DNA from: Octopus sinensis
Taxonomy: Eukaryota
Length of the DNA stretch: 64,000 nucleotides
Reading direction: 5' to 3'
Assembly (NCBI RefSeq): GCF_006345805.1
Contig: NC_042999.1
Coordinates: forward strand, 40,052,001-40,116,000
The position numbers were made by a program, and so were the translations under genes. Shown here in pieces: positions 27,291-41,353 of this stretch. The notes under the pieces are model-generated. The model had not been told where the DNA came from, did not search any database, and saw only the letters and a program-made list of their open reading frames with translations. Within the stretch, counting starts at the first letter, position 1. Every line of letters starts with the position of its first letter.

Positions 27291-28969
27291 TGAGTGTGTA
27301 TATACATGTTTATTTGTTAGAATACCTCATTACTCAACAACATTTCTCTAGCCCACCCTAAAACAAAATAACTGTGATCGTAATTAATTCTGTCATTCTG
27401 TTTATTGCATTATATAATGCTGCTTACTAATATTATTTGTTAAAACTTGATCTGTTTTTTTTTCTGTTTATATCCATTTGTCCTTCTTTAATTATTTGCC
27501 TATATTCCTTTATCGTTTGCAGAGTTACGTATAAGTATCACTTCAATTTAATAGATTTTAATTTGTTTTGTTACTGTTGTTGCACACGTTTGATATGCAA
27601 TGCTTTGTACTTTGTTGTTTTATATTTTTATCAACTTAATCTTCTCTCATTCAATCCGACAACGCATCACTTTCTTTTTCAAAATTTACACAAGTTATAT
27701 AACACTTCTGAAAGATTATTTTGCCTTCGGTGTTTTAGGATGTGTGCAAATATCCACTTGGTGTTAAATACATATTTGAATGTACAAAGTTCAACATCTA
27801 AAAATATGACGAATAGCCTACCTGAATGAGGTAGCAATGTGATGTGGAGATTCTTGACTATATTATGGTGGTATATTTTTGTATTTATTCCTAAAAAGTA
27901 CTGTAATTATCTGGCGTTTCTGAATTCAGTTTTCCAGTTGATCTATGTTGCCGAGTTATACGATACTTGGTTGATATCAAAAGCTTAATAATATTTTCAA
28001 TTTAACCCCGATATGATAATCAACTACATGAAATGAGAAATATGAAGATATTTGCCAGAATTTGGCGAAATCTTTTTAATCCTGATCCTCTTGATTTAAC
28101 GTACGTTAGCTCACTTTTCCAGTGATATCAAAACATATTATGGAAACGTTATTCGCTTCAGTTAGATATATTTTAGAGTTTTACTTAATGATACTTATCA
28201 GGACGGCCTTTACGACATAAGCTTCTCTTTATCTGCCTGGTTTGCATATATAGTACATCTCTAATAACACTCGTTTTAGGAAACAATTAAGGTCCTTTGG
28301 CTAGTAGATGGAAACACGTTTTATTCAATGTGTCCTCTGACCAAATATCTTTGATCTTCTTAATCGCAAGAAATGAATCTTTTCGGGAAGTGAATAGGCA
28401 CCGACTTTATAAAGTGTAGCAATAATTTAAATTTGCATTACAATAAAATAAATTAAAATTTTATTTGCAACAGACAGTTAAATTACAATGAAAGGAATCT
28501 ACATTCCTTGCCAGAATTACATGAATTATGCTGAATAAATAATCGATTTATTTTAGTTTTTTATCGTCGCTCTAATGATTTCTGTCACATAAGCAACAAT
28601 CTAAGTTAAAATTATATAAGACGATTAGACAAAAAGAGAGTAAGATAAAAGAGTTTGCTTTTCCCGAAATATCCATATTTAACGAACATCGTCTAGTTAG
28701 AAGCTTCAGCAGAAGAGAAATATTTTGTTGCAATCAGCACAATAACTACACACACAAACTCACATACACACACATAGACATTACTATATACACACCATAT
28801 ACTCACAATCATAATCATATATATTTACATATATATATTCATATATGCCCCAGCATGACCACAGCTCATGAGCTGAAACTAGAATCAATCATATATATAT
28901 ACATATATACACACTGATACACATACATACATCCACATCTATATGCAAATATGTAAATATGTATGCAAA

Positions 28970-29222
28970 ACATTCTCTGCAGAATAGTCTTAATGGTAAA
29001 AATTTCAATTCCTTGGATGGCGTAAAAAGTTACCGTGTAGAATTCATTGCTATGAAACCACCTTAATTCTGAGAAGAATGTATTTTCAAGTTAAAGGAAT
29101 GATGGAGGCGCATTGTGCAAGAAAATGGTTCATATTTGGTTGATTAAAAATGTAATGGCAAGTATTTATTGACCTTTTTGTTTCCTTTAAAAATCGGCAC
29201 GAACTTTCCGGACAATATAATA
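28970..29222 (+). mobile_element. Mariner 3' end fragment
   Basis: SLQNSLNGKNFNSLDGVKSY..WRRIVQENGSYLVD* followed by TIR-like aaaaatcggcacgaactttccggacaa. Confidence 0.8.
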
Positions 29223-29961
29223 TATTCTTCTCATACCTCGTCATTCTTCTAAAATCACTATAAACCTTATTTTTGCGCAGACACCCAAGTGTTACATTAT
29301 AGTAAGAGCAAACCCTTTATTATTTATATCATGGACTTCATTACTCTTTCTTCGAGTATGTATATATGTCATTTAGCACAAATTTACCTATTATTTCAAG
29401 CAGAATTTCTAACCACATAGATGGTACACTTCCTGTGAATTTTTTAAACTCAAACATTTACGATAAGTGGAAGTATCTTTTTTAGTCATATAGGAATAAA
29501 GCTGCAATTTACATAGTATTTATGATTGTGATAGAAGTGATAAATATCGCATTGAGTTCATAAACGCAAATTTTTACGACCATGTAACGCCAACTTTGAA
29601 ATCTCGCTAGTGTTACGGTTACATTCAATTTCCCCATATTTCATGAAATGTTTCGCTGTAACGATCCAACCAATGTTTTGAGTATGCATTTCTGATTTCC
29701 CACACATCTGAAATCTACAACAAATACATCACCAAAATTAAATGCTCGGCGGGCTAACGTTACTGCGAGCTCGAGGTTTACAATATAGTATTATTATTTT
29801 AATATCAATGGCTTTTAGGGAAATGGAATTTCGTAATGCAACCATAATATACTACAAAAAATATTAAATGTTTTTTATAAGTCAATATCGTGTTCAACTG
29901 TATTAGTAGTGATATTACATCACTCCTAAGTTTTTCCGTAGAAATTATTAACAGGAATGAT

Positions 29962-30263
29962 ATTTTTACGACGTTTCGCATCCGAAACGCATGATCTAAT
30001 CTAACAATGAAATAGATATAGAGATGTAACGTTAATGGATATAGAAATTTTACAACATAAATACATTCCTGGAAGCTGATACGTAAATATTAAGGACTTG
30101 CAAGGACACGGTATTCCGTTATGCAACCATAATATACGTCCATTATATTAGACGTTTTTATAGGACAGTGCCGTGTTCTACTGTGTTAGCAGTGTTATTA
30201 GATCACTTCGATCTCATTGCTTGTTTACATCATGAGTGTCGGATACGAAACGTCGCAACAAAA
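29962..30263. repeat. ~34-bp imperfect inverted repeats around a ~230-bp spacer
   Basis: ttttacgacgtttcgcatccgaaacgcatgat vs atcatgagtgtcggatacgaaacgtcgcaacaaaa. Confidence 0.65.
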
Positions 30264-31537
30264 GCACTGCTGGCAATATTTTCACTTGAAACCTTAACAA
30301 GTGATGTAATAGCAGTACTAACAGAGTTGAAAGCTATTGGCTAATAAAAAAATTAATATACATTAGCATGGACTCTGCTAATGTGAAATGAAATCGGAAC
30401 TATAATATACGCATTGATAATGGTTATACCAACAGATAAACAGTCAATCATAAAATTACAGAGAAATTTGACACACATTTAAAGGAGAAAATATAGAATA
30501 TACGGAAATGAAACTTCGTTCAGTTTACTCTACACATAAAATGACGTTGCATAAATCTTTTAGTGAACCAATATTGCCTTTGAATTGATATTGTTTCTTG
30601 GTAGACATACAAGTATGTCAATGAAACCAGCTTTGCAATGATTTAGTTTCCATATCAATACACTTCGCAACAGTAAATATATCCTTCTAAAAGTCTCTAG
30701 TTGAATTGCTTCACGAGTTGCTCGTTTAAAGTGATAGATTTTCAATTATATTAATTTAGCGGAGTCTACTGAGCTAAAAGAATTTGGTGGCGCCAGATTT
30801 GATGATGACACAGTATACTGATGTATTTGCTCCTTCGAAATCAAGAGAGCAGAACAAACTCGACTATGTTGTGTTCGTAAAATAGAATTGGACAAAGTGC
30901 AGTCCATGTGTAAATTAGGATAAATCTAAAAGTATACTGTCACAGTGCCCTCTGCATGTGCGTATTGACAGACTTAGGTGTTAACACTTCAAAATTTCTA
31001 TGATCTTGAAGTGTGAGGAAAAACCAACAAAAGTACTATACAGCTAATTTTCAATAAATGTTTTCCTTTGACACAAGTGAAGGGCAATTACACAAATACA
31101 CACACACACACACAAACGCGCGCAGGCACACAGACACAAACATATCCATGTCTGTATGCATTATCTAGATTTTTATATATGTATATTTGTGTACATAGGC
31201 ACATGCCGATTTTGCTAATTTATAATATTCAAAATTTCATTGTTCGAACAAGAATAGCTGTCACATTTATCTTTTAAGATTCATTCGATGAATTTAGACG
31301 TCAATCTAGCTTGCTAGTTCATTTCTTGTTCTAACTAATTGGCTTTTGCATTTCAGCTTTTTTATTCACAGTGCAAACAGTGAGATTAAAAGGAACTCAA
31401 TACATTTTTTTATCGACAAGCATCGTGTAAATTTTGAAGCAACATGCGTTAAGCCAAACATGTATTATGTAATATAATATTATGTATGTATACTTTAAGA
31501 AGAAATATGTATAATATCATATGTGTATGTATTAAGT

Positions 31538-31684
31538 CTACCAATGGTTTCATGTTAAGAAAAACGTCGAAATAATCTTACCAATTTTTCAAGTCGATCA
31601 CGTGGGAATGGCGTTTGTCTCCATGTGATCGGTTTGAAAACTTAAAATATTAATATATTATACTTAACATGAAACCTATGGTAG
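31538..31684. repeat. Nested palindrome (~147 bp) with a 20-bp inner stem
   Basis: 31586-31605 pairs with 31621-31640; 31538-31559 pairs with 31663-31684. Confidence 0.8.
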
Positions 31685-33419
31685 CCTTCAACCTATAGTA
31701 CGTCGATACAGGAAAAATTCATAACCACTTGCGCCAATAAACCACTATTATGTCGCTTCTGTGTTCAAGTCAATTATTCCTGTCAAAATAAGATACATTT
31801 TGTATTCTACTAAACTGTATTTTGTGACCCATCAATTAATATGTTACTATTTTGGATATTGCTATTCATTTATTGCCCTGTGTGTAGGACTGTTTTGTCG
31901 GTGTTGGGCCTTGTATGTAGTTGTGTGTATATTTGTATATATTCTTGTGTATGTTACTTTGTACAACTTTTGAAAGTGAATACACAATTTCAGAAACTGA
32001 ATATATCATTTACATATATATGCAATTATTAAACTAGTAATTCGAACTTGTCTTTTCTTTTATTCTAAGTCTATTTAAATTGTATATGTCACATTAGATG
32101 AGAATTTAACCAATGAAATATTACAAGAATTTTGTTTTCGTTTTTATTCAAATGATACATGGAACTTGGCTTATAACTGCGCTGTTCTCTTTCAGATTTA
32201 TAATGTTTTAAGTGTTTTCTCTTTAAATTCCAACATTTCCGCAAACTCAAAATAAAAAAAAAACACACACACACAAACACACACACACACACGGCATACA
32301 AATGCACACACCTTCATGTTATTATCGTTATTACTGTCAATGATCCATGTTGAAACATCCCTATTATTTTTCCTTCAATATATACCATAAGCTGTATATA
32401 AGAAAAAATCTATTATTATTTTAAAACATTACTTTCATGTATATTTTCTTTTTCCGATGGTAAATATAGCAATTTTGGACAAAGGGCTCATTTACAAACG
32501 TTGGGTGTTAGCTGACAAAATTTTTTATTGCCAATATTTAAAATGTGAAAGCAATTTTAAGGTAAGCCCTACCACGATGCCATATATCATGAATATCTTC
32601 ATTTTCATCGGTGGTGTTATGCAGCAGGTCCAATAAATATACATGCATTCAAAATGAACGAGGGTGTCATCTGCCAATATCTAGATAATCCAATACAATT
32701 TTAGTAACGAATCACGTTTTGTTTCACATTTACCTCTGAAATATTTCAATAATTTTCAAAGTATATTTTATTCTTCTGTTTTTCGTTTTATAATGAGTAT
32801 ATACTTCACACTTTCCTAATTGGTTATACTTTCTATAGCAGTAATGAAAAACGACGGGTATCGTCCTTTTTTTTCTCGTTGAGCTGCTAATGATATATTC
32901 ATTTTTGCTGGGATTGCAATTATTTTCATTGCTTTCGTTCTTGATAATATATTTTATGTTGATCAAGTTGTTGTAAAATGCTTTGAGCATTACTAGCTAA
33001 AAATAGAAATTTCCTGTTTAAATTTATGTTTTATATTTATGAATCATTCTTTAACATATCCAGATATACTAATGAGTAACAAGGCAATAAAATATATTTA
33101 GCTGTCGAAAATAATGTCTAAAATAACATTGATTTTTCTTGCAATCTGGAAATCAATTTGCTCTGCTCAATCATAGATTTGTTGCTTAGGTAAGATTATG
33201 AGATGTTAACTTATATGATCGTTTGATAATAATGGTGTTTTAGCAAAGGGAGAAGCACGCCGGCTTATCTAATTTAAAAGGCTATGGTGTGTGTGGTTGT
33301 GTGTGATATCGTTAAGACGTTTGTGCATGAGCAGCAAACTGGTGGAGAAATATTATCTTATGATTCTAAAGTGTAGAAAGATCGATGAAATAGAAACAAT
33401 CACTTGAGATCGCCCAAAC

Positions 33420-33815
33420 ATTAACACGCCGGGCGAAATGATTAGCGGTATTTCGTCTGCGTTCCGTTGTGAGTTCAAATTCCACCGAGGTCGACTTTGT
33501 CTTTCATCATTTCAGGGTCGATAAATTAAGTATCAGTTACGCACTGGGGTCGATGTAATCGACTTAATACCTATGTCTGTCCTTGTTTGTCCTCTCTGTG
33601 TTTAGCCCCTTGTGGGTAATAAAGAAATAGGTATTTCGTCTCCCATTACGTTCTGAGTTCAAATTCCGCCGAGGTCGACTTTGCCTTTCATCCTCTCAGG
33701 GTCGATAAATTAAGTACCAGTTACGCACTGAAGTCGATGTCATCGACTTAATCCGTCTATCTGTCCTTGTTTCGTCCCTCTATATTTAGCCCTTTGTGGG
33801 CAATAAAGAAATAAA
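33420..33815 (+). mobile_element. SINE A with tandemly duplicated body
   Basis: B-box-like GAGTTCAAATTCC at about 33470 and 33655; both units end tagcccc/cttgtggg..taaagaaata. Confidence 0.9.
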
Positions 33816-34612
33816 AAACAATCACTTGAACGTTTTCAATTTTAACTCCAACAACAGATATAAAATTATTTTCATTTTATAAAGGCTGCTGACTCTGAAC
33901 ACTAAATGGAACGGTTCAAGACCACTGGAAATTTTATTTTCATTTAATACATCTATGGCTGGTCATATATACAAGTTAGATTAACTGAAAGAAGATTTAC
34001 AGGATAAGAAAAGGGTCCTCAAATTTGGTACGCATGCTATACTCTGATGATGTCTAATACTTTTTCAATTTTGGTTATCGTTACGTAGAATTTATACTCG
34101 AAGTTTAATTACCGTGTCGAACGACTAGGATTCGACAACTGTATAGCTGTTTCGCTGGCGCTGATACTCAGCCGCAGAAAATTACGATAATGCTAAGAAG
34201 ATATTTTTGAAAATGTGCTCAATAGTGTTATAAATCGCTACTTAAACAGATTTTTCTTTCATAAAGCAGTCACTAAAGGACAAAAAGTATTTCGTTTGAT
34301 TTTGTTTTGATATTAATTTATTTAAAGATTACATTAGCAACTTCAAATATATTTGTATACTGGAACAAATATTGATTATTTGAATTGAGTATATTCTTGT
34401 TTATTTAATGCATTTATGATAATAGCGAATATTACATTACACTGTTATATCATTGTTTAATGGAAATATAGTAGAAGCTGATTTGCTGTAGAACTCTCCA
34501 GCATAATTTATGCAATTTTCTTGAATAGAACTTTGTATTCTCAGAGCTCCAAGTAAGATTATGAATGATATATCCGAATTGTAGCGTCGAAATTATTGTT
34601 AGGAAAGGTATG

Positions 34613-34674
<62 letters not shown>

Positions 34675-35023
34675 CTTTGTGTGTGTGTGTGTGTGTCTTT
34701 GTGTGTGTGTGTGTGTGTGTGTGTAATTTGCACAAGTCATGCGTTGATACAGAAAATTATTAAGGAAAGAATGTCATGTAAATAATTGATGAGAAATACT
34801 GCGTTTAATAAATATTAAACAATTCAAAATGTATGCAGTGTTACTTTCCATTAAGAAGGTTATGAAAAACGTTTACACTGAATTATATCTGGAGTGACTA
34901 AAAAGAGGAAACAATTATCCTGTTTCATAGAAACCTGTACATGTATAAAACTGTGAATAATTTTAGTGTAAAATATATTTTAAATCTAGGCAGATTCAGT
35001 CTGTTACTGTAATTCAAATTAAA

Positions 35024-35192
35024 TAAAATGGCGCCGCTAAATGATCCTTGGATATTTACAAATAGTGAGCGATCACTGGTGCGAATGCATTGTGGGATAC
35101 GACTGACTAATACTGCATCTCTCAACGAGAAGTTGGACTACGTCACGCGATATGCGTCACGCAATACACATCATCAGGCAGGATCTGTGTAG
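35024..35192 (+). promoter_or_regulatory. CpG-rich promoter-like patch with YY1-type AAAATGGCG and two CGTCA half sites; 54-aa ORF 35028-35192
   Basis: aaaATGgcgccg at 35028, possible donor GTGAGC at 35065, tacgtcacgcgatatgcgtcacg at about 35140-35161. Confidence 0.25.
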
Positions 35193-35689
35193 ATTTTATC
35201 TAATGAACAATATGAAAAATTTTATAGTTCAAAGAATTATCTGGCAAAATAATCTAGAGTAATTTAATTCTATAGAATATTTATTTGATCAAATTAAAGC
35301 AAATTACCAAGCCACATCCAACATGTAATAATACAATGATCTTTATTGTTAAGATTAAAATATTTTAAAATTTAATATAGCTACATAAAAAATAAAATTA
35401 TGAATTATCTTATTATCTTACTGAAAGCAACGATATTCTTGATTTTAAATTTCCATCACTTTATAGTCATTAATAATGCTATTCTGTCTTCTAGCATCGA
35501 ATTTATAGAAACAATAGCCAAATTTAAATGGTTAACAACTTTAATTCCAAACCACGTTTCATCGTGTTTTGGTTACACTACGAATCACTTTAGGCTGGTG
35601 CTTTCTTATATATATGAAATGTTGATTAGTGCTTAATCTGTGAAACTCTCGTGAAGTCCATGAGACACACCGTACACACACACGCACAC

Positions 35690-35780
<91 letters not shown>

Positions 35781-36069
35781 ATTGAATGAATCGAAGAATA
35801 GATTCATGCTCGGCTACAGAAGTAATCAAACAGGCTTTTGCAGCGGAACATATTGTCTCACAACATTTTCATACTGAAATGTCATTGCTACTTCGTAATC
35901 GTTTGGGAGATAAAAGGAGAACATAGTAAAAATATTGGAATGGAAGGAAAAGAAAAACTTTATGGATAGGAGAAGAAATATTAAGTTTATTTAACCCTAG
36001 TTGATGAAGAATATTCTTAATGTTGAATGCTAATATAACTTGTGTGGGTAGTGGAATGTTGGAAATTCT

Positions 36070-36520
36070 AAAGTGCGTTAACCTATGTTTCTAATGCGGT
36101 GAGAACACCGCCTACCGGTCCTTTTGCAGGAACATATCAAGATTGTCTCGTCTTTAGAAGGTCACTGCAGACCTTCAATCTATGAAGGATACGTACTGTT
36201 CCCCTTTTTATTTGTTTATGTATGGTGCAGAACTCTCCATGTTATTCCAGTGACGGTTTTGGATATATTTGACTTAATAAATTCATAGAAATAAAAACTT
36301 AGCGATTTTCCTTTTATTTACATGCTTGAAAAACAACTGGTGGTTCTGGTGTTCCTTTCAAGAGCTTCACGCAGTTCAGTATAATTATTCTCTTCCAGGT
36401 TGTTTGTGAAAATAGAGTTCACCTCGTCTGCATATACCACTGATTTAACTGTGCATGCCTGGTCTAAGTATCTAGATTCTTTAGTTGTAGTTTGGAGTGG
36501 GCGTCATTGGTGGCTTGCGT
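36070..36520 (-). mobile_element. Decayed Neptune-like PLE GIY-YIG fragment
   Basis: Minus-strand CPLQ..CTVKSVVYADEV..YTEL..CSHRIRN remnants follow the CPLxGxC..VVYKAxV..YIG..KCRH pattern. Confidence 0.55.
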
Positions 36521-37239
36521 GAAATCATGTGTTACATATTAGGCAAGTATTTTCCCGAAACGTCTGTTTACATTTTTCCTATATTTATGTTTATTGGGGC
36601 GGTAATATTATATGGCAGGACTTTTGGACAGAAAATAGTTTTTTAAACTTGACGATCAATTACAATATGGAATAACAGAAAACAACTGAGAGCACATGAA
36701 CTGTGTTACCTTTTAAATATGATTCCAAACTCCCTTTGAGAAATCTTTTAATTGCTTACACCAATTATTCGAAGCATACAATGTAGAGGAATGTATGCAT
36801 TTTATATTGTAAACTTTTTAAAGTGTATCTGCAGAGAAAGTATGGAGATTTACCTAAATAAAACGCAGAAATTCCCTCTTATTTTACAGACTGAGATATG
36901 AACCTACATTTGACATCGATGCAGTAAAACAATAAGCGAGTATGAAATATAGATCACACTTGCTTAGGAAGGAATTTGCACATTCATAAAAATGTGAATT
37001 TATTGACAAATAAATATTTGTGTGAGTATGTATACGGGAGGATATGAGAGAAAGAGAGTGAGTGAAATGTACGAGTAGGAATTGTATGCTTCTAACTGTG
37101 AGCAAGCGTAAGAATAAATATATTTTTCATTCGGTTTAATTTCCTGAAGATCAAAGCCATGTAATATATATGTTTGTGTATGTTTCGTTGAAGTGAATTT
37201 GCTCACGCTTACGGAAATTTATATACATCCACATGTCTG

Positions 37240-37271
<32 letters not shown>

Positions 37272-37944
37272 CGTGCGTGTGTTTTTGTGTCTGTGCGTAT
37301 AAGTATACGCGTATATATGTACGCATGAACGTAGATATATACCTATTTAAATATGGAATTTAAAATATCGCATCCACTCATGTACATGGTAATATACTGA
37401 CTTCTCCTTTTTTTCTTCTTTTTCGCCAATACACTTCAAAGAATACAATATTTAATATTTCTAAAAATGCTTTCCTCTGCGTTATAACTCTTCTCAGATT
37501 GATATTTATTTCACTGAAACTAAATTTTTCAAAAGTTACGTTGCAATTTTTTTTTTTTTACATTTTTAACCTTCTTAATATACATAAAATTCTTTTTGAT
37601 GTTGAGTTACATTAATACCCTGTTTCAAATTTACATGTTTGTTTTATAATTTTCGTTATATTTATGTGCAAACTATTATTGTTATCATATTATTATTATT
37701 ATTATTATTATATTATTATTATTATATTATTATTATTAGTGTTGTTATTTTTATCATAAATATTACTTTCCTTCTGTTTGTTGTTGTTCTGTTTGTTATA
37801 AGTATTAGGATTATGTGATATGTATACAGCTCACAAATTACATTTTCATGCCCTTTCACCACAATGGCATTCTTTACTTCTTTAGATGTATATATGTGTA
37901 TATATATATGTATGTATATGTATATATATATGTATATATATATA

Positions 37945-37976
<32 letters not shown>

Positions 37977-38004
37977 TTACTACACATTAGTACATAATTA
38001 TACA

Positions 38005-38035
<31 letters not shown>

Positions 38036-38571
38036 GCATGCACATATACATACATACATACATGCATACATACATATATACATACATCCCTAGTATACAT
38101 TTTCCAACCGTCTCTGAAATCTTCAAAATTCCTACTGATATATATTTTATATACTTGGATTACAATGAAGCTATTCCAAGGGGCTTATGATACCTAAAAT
38201 ATATAATACTATGGAAATTACGATTCTGTTGGCACATATTAATATTTTTGTCATTTTTGGCATCACATTTTACATGACACATGTCAATATAATATCTGAA
38301 ATATATATTCTCATGCAAAAAATGAAGTAATTTTTATTGTAACATAAGTGGCTTTACAGATTGTCATGTATAGAGACATTTTTCTTTATTACTCAAATTT
38401 GTAATGATGGGTGCCCCATATTCTTTTTCACAGGTAATGTATTAACAATGGAATAAATCTCGATTTATTGTATATGATTTACACCACACTACGAAATGTT
38501 TCGTGGTTGAAAGTTTACCCCCCACTGTCGAGAGGATGGACCCATATCCATATATGGCGTTATACTGTTTT

Positions 38572-38790
38572 ATTTCAAGATTTTTTACCAATAGAGAAAG
38601 AGTCAATGTCTAACCTAGATTCAACCCTCCTTCATTGAAATTTCAATAACAGAACATGATATTTTTGTAAGTATGTCATTATTCAGTATATTTCAAGATT
38701 TCATGACAATAGAAAAAACCCGGTTTCTAACCTAGTTCAAAGGCTCCTTCATTGTAAATTCAACATCAACAACAGGGTATTTTTGCTTGT
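38572..38790 (+). repeat. Degenerate ~120-bp tandem duplication
   Basis: tatttcaagatt..caatagagaaa..tctaacctag..ctccttcattg occurs twice. Confidence 0.7.
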
Positions 38791-40009
38791 ATGTATGTAT
38801 GCATGTACGTATGTATGTATGTATGTATGTATGTATGTATGTATGTATGTATGTAGGTAGGTAGGTAGGTAGGTAGGTAGGTAGGTAGGTAGGTAGGTAG
38901 GTAGGTAGGTATATGTGTGTACGTTTGTATGTTTTAGGAATGTATACCCACGCATATAGTTGCATATCTAAGAATGCGCATATATATTTTAACGATAAAC
39001 TTTTGGTAAGTAAGTTTTACAGATTTTTACAGTTCCAGTGATGGATTCGATCCGCAGTCTTCGAATTAGCTTTCTCAGTTTTGGTTTTGAGAAGCCTAAT
39101 TACTCAAGATTGGTATTTCGGCATTGTGTTACTTATCACAAGAACCAAATAATTAGTTATAAACCTGAACTTGTAATATGGACAGAGTAGCTGCCGATTT
39201 GCCAATAGTTTAGCGTAGGTATTTTCTTTTCCACTGACTTCCAGCTGTTTGTTAACATCCGATAGGTAGCTGATTTCCACAATTGTGCTTAGTTTCTCTT
39301 CTCTCTCCCTAATCATTATATCAGGTCAGTTGTGCTTACATTTTATCGATCTCTTCACTGGAACATTCCACCAATATTCCTTTTATTTATGAGTGTCTAT
39401 GGCTTCTAAAATATTGTGGGTTCTCATTACTCTGTCGTCGGGATTGTCCTTCCGACGGACGTATGTATGTGTACCTGCAGATTTATATGTTTTATTTTAT
39501 GTATGTTGTCTCATGCGTATATTTGTATATCTAGATACATGCTCGTATATGCTTAATGGATAAATCTTTGGAAAGTTTTACAGAACTTTAGATTTCCAGT
39601 GATGACTTATATCTGTAGTCTTCGCATCAGCATTCTCCTTTCTCTATGTATGCATGTATGTGTGTGGATGGGTCTGTGCGTATGTATGTATGTACGCCGA
39701 TCAAGCATGTTCTCTGCCAATATGCACTTGACGTCATCCATGGTATTAATACAATTATCTCTGGATCTTCATCGGGAATTACTCTGCGTACGTTCATTAT
39801 ATAGCAAATGACAGAAAATGTTATATCCGAAAATTGGATAGAAAGCGGACGTAAAATATAATATACAGGAAATGGAATATACGTGAATCTTTATTCACCA
39901 TAACGATAATTTCGACGCATCATGTTCTACAGCATCCCATTCACGCTGGATCGATTCAGGATACGTCGAAACGATCGTTGTGAGCAATAATTTTTCTCAT
40001 ATATATATG

Positions 40010-40055
<46 letters not shown>

Positions 40056-40057
<2 letters not shown>

Positions 40058-40897
40058 CGTGTTCTGATCAATATGTTTCTGGACTGTTGCCATAGTCACG
40101 AACTTAAGGCACGCAGAGTAAAGCACGGACAGTAAAGCCGACTTTGAACCCTGCTTTGCATGCGCATTAAGTTTTAATGTTCTAGCTCACGCTGTTTACA
40201 ACATTGATTAGAAGGAATGCGTATAGCGTGTAATCGTCGCATTAAAATTAAGAGAGATGAAGCAGAGTCTGTATCAAACTTTTCCAAAAGCTTAGTTAAT
40301 TCTGCTCAGAGGATTACGCAAATTTTCAAAAAGTCACCGACGCAAAGAGAACTTGTGCAACCGAATCCCGATTGTCCTTTTGGTCAATTGAAAGTAGTTT
40401 TGGCACAAAATTGGCAGACACGCATCTTACATGCAGATCTTCTGTGATAATGGACTGAACTGGACCGCAACTAATCTGCACATCCTCTGATAGACAGATT
40501 GTGCTTCCACGATTTGCCCCAACATCTGCGATCTTTTTTTCAGTGCTGCTGGTTGCGGGTCTCCCAGAACGTTCGTCAATATCGATATTTTTCGGCCTCC
40601 TTGGAAACGTCTGAAACACTAGTACTCTTGTGTGGAGCTAATATATTCCTCTCGATACACTTTCTGCAACTTTGCGCAGGCCTCTAAGCAGGTGTGACTT
40701 CCACTCTCATCGTCAATACCACGATCTCAAGCTACACATCATCCTTCCTAGGACTGCTGTAAACAGCGTAATGAGCTACAACTTTAAAATGTAGTTCGCT
40801 TGTACTACAATGTTCAAGTTCTATCACTGCCAAGCGGCTTCACTCTGCGTGCTCTAGCTTCGGTACTGTGCAACAGTCCGCATATTTACTAATCGTA
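40056..40897 (-). mobile_element. Internally deleted mariner with TIRs and TA ends
   Basis: FQTF..DDERSGRP-like N-terminal motif, IITEDLHVRCVSANFVPKLL; TIRs tacg..ggactgttgc and gcaacagtcc..cgta. Confidence 0.8.
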
Positions 40898-41146
40898 TGT
40901 ATGTTTATACATATATATACATATATATATATATAATATATATATATATACATACATACTTACATATATATATATATATGTATGTATGTATGTATGTGTA
41001 TGTATGTATGTATGTATGTATGTATGTATGTATGTATGTATGTATGTATGTATGTATGTATGTATGTATGTATGTATATGTATATAGGCATACATATGTG
41101 CGTGTATGTACTTATATGTGTATATGTGTATGTTTGCATATACGAC

Positions 41147-41314
41147 AGGAGGTGCTGAAAAGTTTCTGACTTCAGGTAACAAAAAGTACAGGAGGATCAG
41201 TAAATTATTATTTCATTCAACATATTCCATTTTTCTCCAACTCCTCTAAACGAACTTGGAAGTATGGGTCTCCACCCACGCCTTTCGTGTACACACAGAG
41301 ACATACACTTCACA

Positions 41315-41353
<39 letters not shown>

